This document shows, one piece after another, positions 38,201 through 43,877 of a DNA stretch of 64,000 bases. Every line of letters begins with the position of its first letter. The stretch's first letter is position 1. Origin of the DNA: a virus; IMG/VR virus record IMGVR_UViG_3300043803_002519; one strand, written 5' to 3'. The position numbers were made by a program, and so were the translations under genes. Under the pieces are notes generated by a model. It searched no databases. It saw only the letters and a program-made list of their open reading frames with translations, and was not told the origin of the DNA.

Positions 38201-41000
38201 GCTGAACCGCGCCCTCAACCCTGAGGGGGACGTCACGCCGACCGTGCAGACCTTCCTCGACAACAAGGCCGCACTACGCGCGCTGTTCGACGCGACGCCG
38301 GCCCACGGTCCCGCGGGCATCGTCGAGGCCGACGCGCTCCCCCGCCTCCTCCGCCTCGACGCGACGTCGGACATCAAGGACCCGGTCATCGCCGCGGCGA
38401 TTGAGGTGATCCAGACCGGCATCCGCCGACGCTACGAGGCGGTGCGTGACACCGGCCTCCGCATCGAGCAGCGTATGTCCGGCCGCGCCGACCTCGGCGT
38501 GGCGACGGGCGACCCCAACCTCCCCATCAACGCCTACAAGCTGTGGTACGCGGGCAAGTACCAGGAGCTCGCCGCTCAAGCCCAGCGCCGCGGCCAAACC
38601 ACCGACCCAGGCAAGTCCGGCGCGTCGGGGAGCTCGAGCGACGCGGCGGGCCTCGTGTTCGACCCAGTGTCCGGCGCCCTCGCGGTGGTGACGGGTCTCC
38701 TCGCCGACGGCGTGCTGGCCTCGGCGGCGGCCGATATGATGCGCCTCGGCCTGCCGGTGCACACCGACAGCGTCAACTTCGGCGGGCGCAACTTCGACCA
38801 GTGGGTGCCGCTCGGCAGCACCTCGATGTCCCGGGCGAAGTACCGGGCGCTGGTGCAGGAGTACATGAACGCCATCCTCAGCTTCCAGGGTTCGCAGTCC
38901 AAGCAGTTCAACGAGGCGCGGGAGTTCGTGGGGACCGAGATGCTCCCGGTCCAGGTGTCGGGGCTGAACGATGGAAAGTTCGACCCGTCCGCCTGGGCAG
39001 ACGCGCACCGCATCCTCGACTCTTGGGGCATCAAGAGCAACACCTCCGGGATGGAGACGATGGTCCTCCCGACGGGCGAAGAAGTGTTCATGCCCAAGAT
39101 CATCAAGGACGAGCTCACCGGACTCTTCGACCGCACGGCGAAGGCTGGGCTCCCCTGGACGAAGTCGGCGGAGGGCGAGCCCGACAAGATTCTCGGCCGG
39201 TTCGGCGAGTTCGTGGACGGGAGGCTCTACCCCAACAACAACCTCCAGTACAAGGGCAAGGGGAGCCTCGCCGACAACGTCAACATCGCCGTCCGGACGA
39301 TGGTCAACATCCCCGGCCGCACTCTCGCCATGGCGCGGGTCGGCGTCACCACGGGCGTCGGCATCCCCAACCCCGCCTTCTACATCGGCAACGTCTTCGG
39401 CGGCCTCCTGCAAGCCGTCCAGAGCAAGGGCGCTGTGGGCACGGCGCGAATGCTGGGCCGCTACCTGCCCGGCGTCGGCGGAGATGCCGGCAAGGTCCTC
39501 CGCAGCGTGTTCTGTCGGGTGTGGGGCGACTCTCAGGGCTACTTCAAGCCTGCTTCGGGGTCGTTCATCGCCGACAACGGCGCGGTCATCAGCGACGACT
39601 TCATCACCAAGACCGTGGTCAAGTACGGTCTGCACACGTCGCAGCCGCGGGCCGAGTCGGCCATCCGCATCATCGACGACCTTCGCAACCATGAAGGCAC
39701 GTTCTGGACGCGGGTGAAGCGCGACCGCATCTTCGACGTGCCGCTCCTCGGCACTGCGGAGAGCGCGGTCCGGACGGGCGTGTCTACGACCTTCCGCTAC
39801 TGGCAGGGCATCCTCGGAGACGCAGCCACCGCAGTGGACGACCTCTTCCGCGTGGCGACCTACGTCGACGAGCTCGCCGGCGGGGTCGCCCCGGCCGAGG
39901 CCGCCGCCGTCGCCCGCCGCACTTCCTTCGACTACGCTGACCTCACGGACTTCGAGAAGGAGCACCTGCGTCGGTTCATCATGTTCTACACCTTCCAGCG
40001 TCGCAACGCCGACCTGTTCTGGTGGACGATGCTGAACCACCCTTCCCGCATCATGGGCCAGGTGCGTGCGGTGCGGGACGCGCAGGAGCACTTCCTCGGA
40101 GAGGACGACTCCGAGAGCATCCTCCCCGAGCACCTCGACGGGCGCCTCATCATCGGGATGCGGAAGACTCTCGGCGACGAAGCGGCCCTGCGGGGCTCCC
40201 TCGGCACGATGACCGTCGCACCTCCGCTCCCGGCGATGGACCACCTCGGGCTGTGGGTCTCCATCTTCCGGTCCTTGAACAGCGACGAGCCGCGGGGCGG
40301 GCGCGAGATCATCTCCCGCCTGGCCCCCGAGTACCAGGCGCCGTTCGTCCTCGGCCTGGAGGTCGACATCTTCTCCGGCCGCGACCTCGCCGCCTTCAAC
40401 ACTGTCCCCTCGTGGATGGTGGAGATGGACCGCCAGATTTCCGGCGGGGCCATGGTCGACGACCTGTTCAAGGTCCGCAAGACGGAGAACAGCGACCCCT
40501 CCCGTGACGAGGCCCCCGGCGTAGATCGCTGGGAGCCCACGGGAGAGGGCGCGAAGTGGTGGTGGGTCTTCCGCAACCTCGTGCAGGTCCCGCCGTTCGG
40601 CCGGGGCACCGATACCATCACCCAGATGGCTCGGGCGGACTGGATTGTCGGGGACGTCGTGAACGGTGCCCGGTGGTATCGAGCCACTCAGGGCCCCGTG
40701 GGGGCCATCCGCGACAACCTCACCGACCCCTTCTTCCGCAGCGTGGTCCGCCCGATGATGGACGCCCTCCCTCACGTCGACCCTTCGGCGGTGCAGGTCT
40801 ACGAGCCCCCGGCCATCGTGGAGGACCTCAACATTGAGCGCGCCGGCTACACGCCGGGCCTTGAGGCCGCGCAGCTGTTCGGCGTCAAGAGCGTCATCGT
40901 ACCGACGGCCGCCATCGCGGCGGACGAGGACGAGGTAGGTCGCCGTCGCCGCATCAGCACCGCGGCCTCCGAGGAGCGGAAGCGCGACCCCTACCGGTAG
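26286..41000 (+). CDS. Giant multi-domain polyvalent virion protein (4904 aa)
   Basis: A single uninterrupted ORF of 14.7 kb with coding-like composition throughout. It carries the enzymatic motifs listed as sub-features below and sits inside the structural module. Confidence 0.9.
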   Translation: MPSPRSPQEILDALGMTEDEVLGPLPPKDAVELAPEDYRDPEVLPVGEEPPEGGARTPRGRIAKGYASAVYEDGNTALRSLRGDVADHLITQGLAPEDARLTAYEDTRHLEATGHVEDSEDAADAIRAREGEPTVGKALTMAVNRVTPIGLDQGPEEWGRRVRENEKATWGERSDALGKALQGEEITEADAKAAGIDLPLVQELKKAYVSHFGEMVYTAGSAGILPTIGSITGLIPGWSDVVEQSGKNLEVAKEGKKYVTSEELVKIAAYGGVNSPIGDAIPYIVDAAVDFHDVVTGEDKQGRLRSATGGTVGDVFWDFVSKGRHNEKFDPAAKALYEEGDVAGLGQLGMVDIPEHVPAVKVDLPTLKSAVEAGGLLAEAPEADRFRVGMSSGLSDEVLQTLADAIPLDVVRRAQPDAGPTLKSVLAAYTARKKIQEIVGTPEADDALKVAAAALHDREVREDGSVYFVPSTTQKVLTAINAAVPLVIEADVPVLGPVAGVYGGVLKAMGFEKLGGMAESARFPTAAGNESMVASGDFDWVLEGMGLQGSTSSERRRDIGESRYIDRVLADMQLPQYQNWGLKELGRDLGVKPGSTADVALGTADLGADTVVPFEEMFLGPAGSAVTMASRAATAAKLSKMLGRSNSQAARVAVRAALPQFLGGSTDAVAAMDAALRTAVADSVAAGEVLFTVGRGEDAVKGTLSKEVQRAVGNLLEDVGIRKEDVFRTVNDLSFAQKAKNTVIVKDWMARGTPEQKALRETAEWKAVRQGLEESAPPEVVDAGMALNEWMAHQAVVLGEFRSPKDWFAAQRVGKAIDGAAPPPPRPTTVADALRAAATDADGEVSAMAARLLAMNHPAVTSAALDVGVDLGPGVHGRYDIADNHIVLSPSATASTLVHEVAHAVTAHALRNVDTLSPAGRKAVADLQALYAKASESPDLQAVGLGLDNLDEFIAEAYSNPAFRAALRKVKVTPTKSAWRVFVDTVGQLLGLKTKPELDALDRTLSKIEVVAKERVVPGRGGGSLASRAALVKDPPAPEPPDVLPERHPADTWADVRGPIGWWMPLDEVEFRIGQMAEEHAIFFDREGRQIARFGPEDTRRDAPGYDPATACIIYPKALDDLAASGGGVYTHNHPSGSAPSIDDVLVARRGNVDALRAVARNDGFTWVVRRPEAGWPETDVLRRAWKDLAHTVYLSAKKRMDARIKAAGGNLWEGDRAAGFSETVWKEYLTNGYDTHWAEYFGDLGIVLERERHPHLGQLGLDAPVRGAAGAPGAGPAVAGATEAARYPAVGVGEQGRLFSRAAPEGGTVRKGRLGSDLPRLLDLLGASMYSKPLAEVAVKELVQNAFDAIKATARTDGQIHVTLNAQERTLSVADNGKGMTPEVVQDALFTVGGTNKEGLAVGDRSGGLGLAKMAFLFGSEWVDVDTVHGGVRTRVHATSAQIKASDFDIVTEPAPGAPNGTNVTLKIPETYRDPASGADRTIYLFKEQMTSEQGSGVLDRPLFGNVEVLFTEVPRYGTPSTATLPVGRNTDPLATPLLTRAAFDWGSADVYMGDARKKYPRHRVLSAGLHQFDTAILAGNERIPYDIVVDIRPGVDPLHPHYPFNNQREGWRGTVEADVKALNGYIAKHSSGRAAAETSDVFKGAVTMPRVAPDDLDVGAAAPAAVKAFAPKAPPSPPPEGAAAPRAPDVIKISAGAVAPSVSERAAPDSFRPERAAPDLQSFVGSVAVDPLKPLFHNNTGVDYIGAVRAALPGAEPERFLAEMGSLVLDFKEAAAKQDKYGLADLVSLENPYAAGISIDKDYRGVHVKVPYRAFFLNPLAATNETASGLAESMLHTLVHEVAHTTVMAHNENFALALADVYDRLGDSGDTDIFRARLRKILTRHQDTFNEMRRIYDSPRTSNLRGALENGEQLSTRGAPGPGEGGPGAAPGDAAAVGGLDGDAGPARRGVGEPSARELIEAALPGLSGHGNAARPGPLYSRAAPAPSAVPKPSLPEPTDEVRRAHQALVVKRLLSPSAETRAAHQAYQAEHPEVLAWAEYRAAVADAELAQAREAARAEYEAGAPARQAAADAKAARYADAKATGKKLPPEERAMNRREWFGDSAVTTTGEAGGKPLVVTHESPSKFSEFRAGEFGFHFGVGIPDGMFGSNRVSGLLRINNPMRMADLGVWTPERVLAEGGFSTAEQPRLLAEVERIRAEADAPTKAMVAKARASGDVATAEKWQALLEDGSDAATFRDRRGNYLASRPVHDALREKGYDGIVYRNEAEGVDDSYIAFEPQQFKSNKNVGTYDATDPRFLYSRAAPARAAEEAAEPLPVFRSPAATEQRWHRIGDDHQYTELTISPEGALDPSLPSYAKRGRMSSGRGTGFASGMYAFADARQGTVPVLPARNPLTLRSWGLEVPNAAAEFQRDASSLLFLAERLRDLSPAKRAEAIDLLRARVSSSFEEVYDAEKRLASPEFGIGRGVFGGEPKFPSDLATALDPLLSRWRRVGVPAGLDGAGTVDALIDAAATWGKHQHVHPVNILLSRMGHDGIEWAGGALKEGNTGAHGFVKFPPITADGALVDVVPDPRHGYAVTHGGRDPRVLYSRAAPARAAEYRGVDGKPRTATMFSGGGLVEAGLRKYIDPVFAVEVSPEIGAAYKAAHGDHVRIDDVRNVDLGEAGDVDYLHASPVCKNFSAAKAVTESGEQPLDLETARATADAVHRTQPAVFTLENVRGYQGTEAMGLVEAALREEGYTFDANVYDAADYGAATRRKRLLLRAVKDGDLPPVPAPTHGPGRAQPYADWYAAVEDLVDDLPDDVVPPWMRRRLEAAGIDPDAPAKPTIVMGGSAGKNVPYAEAGGPAPTFKATPGEAHRIIFPDGRVKRVTPRAAARITGLPDDYPLPTKNATATTVIGNGVPPALSEAVFAPLLAGDHVPGTLYSRAAPIEDAAPGIVALRKYMLDAAGDDTAFDAKVYAERKQVCALTGHCNAAAYIVQKRYGGELLSAKVDGETHVWNRLADGTEIDLTGSQYGGDGFHPVAKNGKVVPLRSTVNPRFAAFEDRVAAAELRAARDPRFLYSRAPGNQTDTPAFQRFIEGTKAVDEDGAPKRLYHGTTHDFEAFDAQSGNVENHHGRGIYLTSSEGDVGSNYATREGPDLKSRIESQMESLLDVWDDPSVAQDFVERWLEAHPERAAEGERLVQVLDDGGNPDANLLQEITRWVAEQEIAGSHGGAVLPVYAAIKNPVDLRPGKVTRFDIETKWSEDGEDFLGETGAGVEAIDAIRRMANSSDTADLIIEALGDISEGFDAADLERAVRDNSIEFLDDDSSAGQFLQDVYRELGFDGIVIDAYKTFGPRRAGWGVNLPGMAGLTPGTEHWVAFEPTQVKSATGNRGTFDPKDKRLLYSRAPDGPTWTAEPPPPGDKVPGIVDNPAHAAWSKTKRDLAKDVADLEDAELSAWWEHYGPSPDAPTVAPRPKNFAEAQAYWTEHGDDPAEFPEPSPELSAKLQALDDANAAPEPSRTTAGLVNDPARVIVRYFKTANMQALLEQNAQVIRMLLGEKWAGDLMRFFDHEVDTASGQVRLTKKGEEQFNVALARVLRGDLAPRGRVRAYFEELRDALSDIWLNLRGKPMSLPPGFRQWWDATLDPAKHLRARVKVSDERFGRQPLEVNVTVKANDPDAPPPPDPTRLGRELADVTDVIYREDFKRANALHEYWNLPLTPGQKRHALGILGSDTDVDAVEAVAKAIALLGTTQARRRWGFSGKVVRVGRRSQVSEDRKESVLKRAREALHGAIGGDVVAAPDGGVTLTPEQAKGLAAHLDHLVDAGWGEQLPDELISPQKDLTKLTEQEWSDIANTTVDDVAGPGSYRDRQADRVVGNAAESLLGRAVDALSTVPIFNGVRRKLTEAFDTTFAGSKNINPAVAEVVDGWRREFSDVASQIARLREHVRAGTADETAEVLIRKIAKELPAVGPDPKVVDDLVVLNRALNPEGDVTPTVQTFLDNKAALRALFDATPAHGPAGIVEADALPRLLRLDATSDIKDPVIAAAIEVIQTGIRRRYEAVRDTGLRIEQRMSGRADLGVATGDPNLPINAYKLWYAGKYQELAAQAQRRGQTTDPGKSGASGSSSDAAGLVFDPVSGALAVVTGLLADGVLASAAADMMRLGLPVHTDSVNFGGRNFDQWVPLGSTSMSRAKYRALVQEYMNAILSFQGSQSKQFNEAREFVGTEMLPVQVSGLNDGKFDPSAWADAHRILDSWGIKSNTSGMETMVLPTGEEVFMPKIIKDELTGLFDRTAKAGLPWTKSAEGEPDKILGRFGEFVDGRLYPNNNLQYKGKGSLADNVNIAVRTMVNIPGRTLAMARVGVTTGVGIPNPAFYIGNVFGGLLQAVQSKGAVGTARMLGRYLPGVGGDAGKVLRSVFCRVWGDSQGYFKPASGSFIADNGAVISDDFITKTVVKYGLHTSQPRAESAIRIIDDLRNHEGTFWTRVKRDRIFDVPLLGTAESAVRTGVSTTFRYWQGILGDAATAVDDLFRVATYVDELAGGVAPAEAAAVARRTSFDYADLTDFEKEHLRRFIMFYTFQRRNADLFWWTMLNHPSRIMGQVRAVRDAQEHFLGEDDSESILPEHLDGRLIIGMRKTLGDEAALRGSLGTMTVAPPLPAMDHLGLWVSIFRSLNSDEPRGGREIISRLAPEYQAPFVLGLEVDIFSGRDLAAFNTVPSWMVEMDRQISGGAMVDDLFKVRKTENSDPSRDEAPGVDRWEPTGEGAKWWWVFRNLVQVPPFGRGTDTITQMARADWIVGDVVNGARWYRATQGPVGAIRDNLTDPFFRSVVRPMMDALPHVDPSAVQVYEPPAIVEDLNIERAGYTPGLEAAQLFGVKSVIVPTAAIAADEDEVGRRRRISTAASEERKRDPYR
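28860..29180 (+). other. Domain of the giant ORF: zincin-like metallopeptidase 1
   Basis: LVHEVAHAV (H899-E900-xx-H903), followed by NLDEFIAEAY. Confidence 0.6.
29470..29810 (+). other. Domain of the giant ORF: RadC/JAB (MPN)-like
   Basis: AEEH...GGVYTHNHPSGSAPSIDD matches the JAB signature E...HxHPSG..PSxxD (H1132-N-H-P-S-G). Confidence 0.65.
30240..30700 (+). other. Domain of the giant ORF: GHKL (HATPase_c-type) ATPase
   Basis: N box KELVQNAFDA, G1 box VADNGKGMT, G2 box GGLGLAKMAF. Confidence 0.65.
31650..31980 (+). other. Domain of the giant ORF: zincin-like metallopeptidase 2
   Basis: HTLVHEVAHTTVMAH gives HExxH plus a third His at metzincin-like spacing (H1842, H1846, H1852). Confidence 0.5.
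32244..33185 (+). other. Domain of the giant ORF: ART-like / polyvalent-associated module ending in GYDGIVY...FEPQQFKS
   Basis: VVTHESPSKFSEF...FGFHFG near the start and GYDGIVYRNE...IAFEPQQFKSNKNVGTYD at the end. The resemblance to ART-type modules of polyvalent proteins is from memory only. Confidence 0.35.
34110..35060 (+). other. Domain of the giant ORF: DNA cytosine-5 methyltransferase
   Basis: Motif I MFSGGGL, motif IV ASPVCKNFS, motif VI LENVRG, motif VIII TRRKRLLL, motif X GNGVPP, in canonical order. Confidence 0.85.
35085..35471 (+). other. Domain of the giant ORF: small Cys/His module
   Basis: CALTGHCNAAAYIVQKRYGG...THVWNRLADGTEIDLTGSQY. It vaguely recalls YunG-type small proteins; this is unverified. 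Confidence 0.25.
35496..36455 (+). other. Domain of the giant ORF: ART-like module 2
   Basis: LYHGTTHDFEAFD...GIYLTSSEGDVGSNYA at the start and GFDGIVIDAY...VAFEPTQVKSATGNRGTFD at the end. Confidence 0.4.
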
Positions 41001-41041
41001 CTGTAAAACCTACCCGCCGGTCGGTTTTGTGTTATCGTTGC
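41001..41041 (+). promoter_or_regulatory. Intergenic cassette copy B (hairpin + TTTTGTGTTATCGTTGC)
   Basis: CGCCGGTCGGTTTTGTGTTATCGTTGC lies directly after the giant-ORF stop and upstream of 41076. Confidence 0.6.
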
Positions 41042-41075
41042 CTCCTCTTCGTTCTCTTCCCTTTCGAGGTCTCCA

Positions 41076-42068
41076 ATGAAGCTCGCCGCCGCCGATACCA
41101 TCATCGAGGAAAGCCTCCTTCTCGACACCGGCTTCGTGTTCTACAACCGTGCGCGCACGGCCAGCATCACTGCGGGGACCTCGGGGTTCTCCGTCGTGGG
41201 CGACGCCTCTGACACCGGCATCGCCGGTACGGCGGGCTCCTCGGGTACGGGCACCACCTCCGGCACCGCCGGCGGTGCGATGGCTCGCACCGGCGGCGCG
41301 GGGGGCTCGGCCACCTCGACCGCGGGGGCGGGCGGCGGCGCCGGCGGTGCGGTCGCCAACACCGGCGGTGCGGGCGGCAGTGCCGCAGGCACCTCGGCAG
41401 CTGGCGCAGGCGGCGCGGTCACCAACACCGGCGGCGTCGGCGGAGCGAAGACCGGAACCGGCACCGCCAATGGCGGGGCGGGCGGCGGGGTCTCCTCTCG
41501 GGGCGGCGACGGTGGGGCCACGGCCTCTTCCAACGCGGGCTCCGCGGGCGGCGCTGGCGGCACCGCCGGTCTCCGCGGCGGCGCGGGCGGCGCGGCCACT
41601 GCCGGCGCGGTCAGCGGCAACGGCGGTGGCATCCCCCTCCAGCCCGGCGCGGCCGGCGCGGCCTCTGGTGGAAGCACCGTCGGCAATGCCGGCATCGTCT
41701 ACGTGGCCACGGCCACCACCCCGGTGGCCGCCACCGGCGCGGTCGACCAGACCGCCGCGACGGTCGCCAACGCGGGGACCATCTCCGCGGCCCAGCATCG
41801 TGGCCAGCAGGTCTACCAGGACGCATCTGGCGGCAACGTGACCATGACGACCCTGTCCGCCACCCTGTTGGCGGGGGCGCTGCCCAGCCTCCCCACCGGC
41901 GGCTTCATCATGCTGTACTGCGCCAGCAATCACGCCAGCAACACCTCCACCATCGCAGGAGGGACCGGCGTGACCGTGGTGGGCGCCGCCTCGTTCACCC
42001 AGACGGGCGCCACCTTCCTCCTCCGCAAGACCGGCGCCGCGGCCTTCGACCTCATCCGGGTCGGGTAG
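41076..42068 (+). CDS. Glycine-rich repeat protein, tail fibre or spike candidate (330 aa)
   Basis: About 190 aa of (T/A/S)GG(A/V/S)GG-type repeats between globular-looking ends. Promoter cassette and GAGG Shine-Dalgarno sequence upstream. Confidence 0.65.
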   Translation: MKLAAADTIIEESLLLDTGFVFYNRARTASITAGTSGFSVVGDASDTGIAGTAGSSGTGTTSGTAGGAMARTGGAGGSATSTAGAGGGAGGAVANTGGAGGSAAGTSAAGAGGAVTNTGGVGGAKTGTGTANGGAGGGVSSRGGDGGATASSNAGSAGGAGGTAGLRGGAGGAATAGAVSGNGGGIPLQPGAAGAASGGSTVGNAGIVYVATATTPVAATGAVDQTAATVANAGTISAAQHRGQQVYQDASGGNVTMTTLSATLLAGALPSLPTGGFIMLYCASNHASNTSTIAGGTGVTVVGAASFTQTGATFLLRKTGAAAFDLIRVG

Positions 42069-42071
42069 TCC

Positions 42072-42482
42072 GTGGCGAGGGCCTTCTCGGTCAGCGTCGA
42101 GGTCTCCGACAGCGGGGACATGAAGTTCCATGTCGACGTGGCGGACGGCGACGACGTCCGCTTCTACGACGTGGTCCATCACCTGCGCCAGGTGCTGACC
42201 GACTGCGAGTCTCGGGGAGCTCTCCGCGTGTCCACGCGCACGGAGTTCGCCGAGGCCTGCGACAAGGCCGTCGCCCAGCGCGACTGGGCCGAGGGCGTCC
42301 TCGCGGACTGGGAGCCCACGCTGGACGGGGTGTCGAACTACGGCACCCACTACACGCGGACGTTCGTGAAGAGCGGCTACCTCGAGCACGTCGAGGCACC
42401 TTGTGACATCAACGGCGGCGGCACCTTGGCCACTGCTGCGGTGCTGGCTGAGTGGGTTCCCACTGCAACGGCGGAGGCGTAG
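42072..42482 (+). CDS. Hypothetical protein (136 aa)
   Basis: ORF track; GTG start 3 nt after the upstream stop. Confidence 0.55.
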   Translation: MARAFSVSVEVSDSGDMKFHVDVADGDDVRFYDVVHHLRQVLTDCESRGALRVSTRTEFAEACDKAVAQRDWAEGVLADWEPTLDGVSNYGTHYTRTFVKSGYLEHVEAPCDINGGGTLATAAVLAEWVPTATAEA

Positions 42483-42484
42483 TC

Positions 42485-42934
42485 ATGGCGCAGGGGTTCA
42501 TCAGCGAAGAAGCGGCCGTTGCGAGCATCTCGACGCCAGCGGCCCTCGCTCGGGTCATCACCCTGTCGGGACGGGCCGCCGCCGTTGCGCGCGACCCCCT
42601 GGCGGTGTCGAGCCCTGCGGGCGGGTACTTCTCCCACCTCGACCTGGTGGTGCTGGCCACGGCGGGCACGCCCACCGGTTGCAGCATCGTCCTCACCTAC
42701 GACGCCGCGGGCGACGAGGTGTTCGCGGTCATCCCCGCCACCGACGTCACCTTGGTGCCCGCGCTCACCACGGCGAGCACCTACCTGGCGACTGCCAAGC
42801 TCGACAAGTGGTGTCGCCTGCCAACGGGCGGCGTGGCGGGCATCGTCTACGCCTTCCTCGCGATGACTGGCGGGGCCACGGTGACGCTGCAGACGATGCG
42901 CCTGCACTGGCGCGACGGCCACAGCGGAGGGTAG
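42485..42934 (+). CDS. Hypothetical protein (149 aa)
   Basis: ATG at 42485 inside ORF 42452..42934. Confidence 0.55.
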   Translation: MAQGFISEEAAVASISTPAALARVITLSGRAAAVARDPLAVSSPAGGYFSHLDLVVLATAGTPTGCSIVLTYDAAGDEVFAVIPATDVTLVPALTTASTYLATAKLDKWCRLPTGGVAGIVYAFLAMTGGATVTLQTMRLHWRDGHSGG

Positions 42935-42935
42935 C

Positions 42936-43877
42936 ATGCCCCCTCGGCCGAGCCTGACCCGCGCGGACATCGTTCAGATCGTCAACGCCATCGTCGACCG
43001 CCTGCACAACCTCCCCCTGGGCCTCGGCGGCCTCCGGCGCATCGGAACCGACGCGAGCTCGGCCGCGCCTGGCACCCTCGCCGCCAACGACTTCCTGGTG
43101 AAGACCGCCTCGAGCACGCTGTCGGCGGAGCGGGTGGTCACGGACACGGCAACGGTCACCTGGGACTGGGGCACCGCGGGCCAGGCGAAGGCCAACGCCT
43201 CAACCTCGGGGCTGTCGGTGCTCACCACCAAGGGCGACCTGTGGGGCTTCTCCACCGTCAACGCGCGCATCCCCGTCGGCACCAACGGCCAGGTACTGAC
43301 GGCGGACTCGACGCAGGCTCTGGGCGTGAAGTGGGCGGCGGTCGGCGGCGGCTCCGGCGATGTCGTCGGCCCGGCGTCGTCGGTCGTCAACGAGCTCATG
43401 GTGTACGCGGACACCAGCGGCAAGCTGGCTGGGCGGGCAACCGGGACCGGCCTCGCCAAGCTCACGTCGGGCGTGCTCTCGGCGGTGACGACGTGGACCG
43501 GCGCGGGGCTCACGGGCACGGCCTCGCGGCTCGCCTCGTTCGATGGCTCGGGGAACCCAACCTCCGTGGCGATCGGAACCACGGCGGGTACTGTGGCGGC
43601 GGGGGACGACTCCCGGTTTACGGACGCGCGGACTCCCACGGGTGCAGCGGGCGGCCAACTCGGCGGCACTTACCCCAATCCCGACGTGCGCGGGCTGCGG
43701 GAAACGTCCGGCCCCACCAGCCTGACGATGGGCGCCGTGGCTGATGGGCAGGTTCTCCAGCGGAGCGGCAACACCATCGTCGGCACGTTTCTTCTCCTCG
43801 CCGTGGCCGCCATCGCCGCGCCAGAACTGGCCGCCGGGATTGACGGTTCGGCCGCTACCACGGGGACTCTCGTATAA
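42936..43877 (+). CDS. Tail fibre protein (313 aa)
   Basis: TKGDLWGFSTVNARIPVGTNGQVLTADSTQALGVKW and AAGDDSRFTDARTPTG are motifs I recall as common in phage tail-fibre proteins. Confidence 0.65.
   Translation: MPPRPSLTRADIVQIVNAIVDRLHNLPLGLGGLRRIGTDASSAAPGTLAANDFLVKTASSTLSAERVVTDTATVTWDWGTAGQAKANASTSGLSVLTTKGDLWGFSTVNARIPVGTNGQVLTADSTQALGVKWAAVGGGSGDVVGPASSVVNELMVYADTSGKLAGRATGTGLAKLTSGVLSAVTTWTGAGLTGTASRLASFDGSGNPTSVAIGTTAGTVAAGDDSRFTDARTPTGAAGGQLGGTYPNPDVRGLRETSGPTSLTMGAVADGQVLQRSGNTIVGTFLLLAVAAIAAPELAAGIDGSAATTGTLV

Noticed and set aside
26286-41000. Giant ORF as an N4-like virion RNA polymerase
   Set aside because: I could not find T7-like RNAP motifs (the DxxxD / RxxxKxxxxxxYG / HDS type). 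The recognisable domains are peptidase, ATPase, methyltransferase and ART-like modules instead.
41141-41695. Minus-strand P/A-rich ORFs antisense to the glycine-rich gene
   Set aside because: They are the mirror image of GGN-rich coding sequence. They have no start context, and they overlap a gene that has its own promoter cassette and Shine-Dalgarno sequence.
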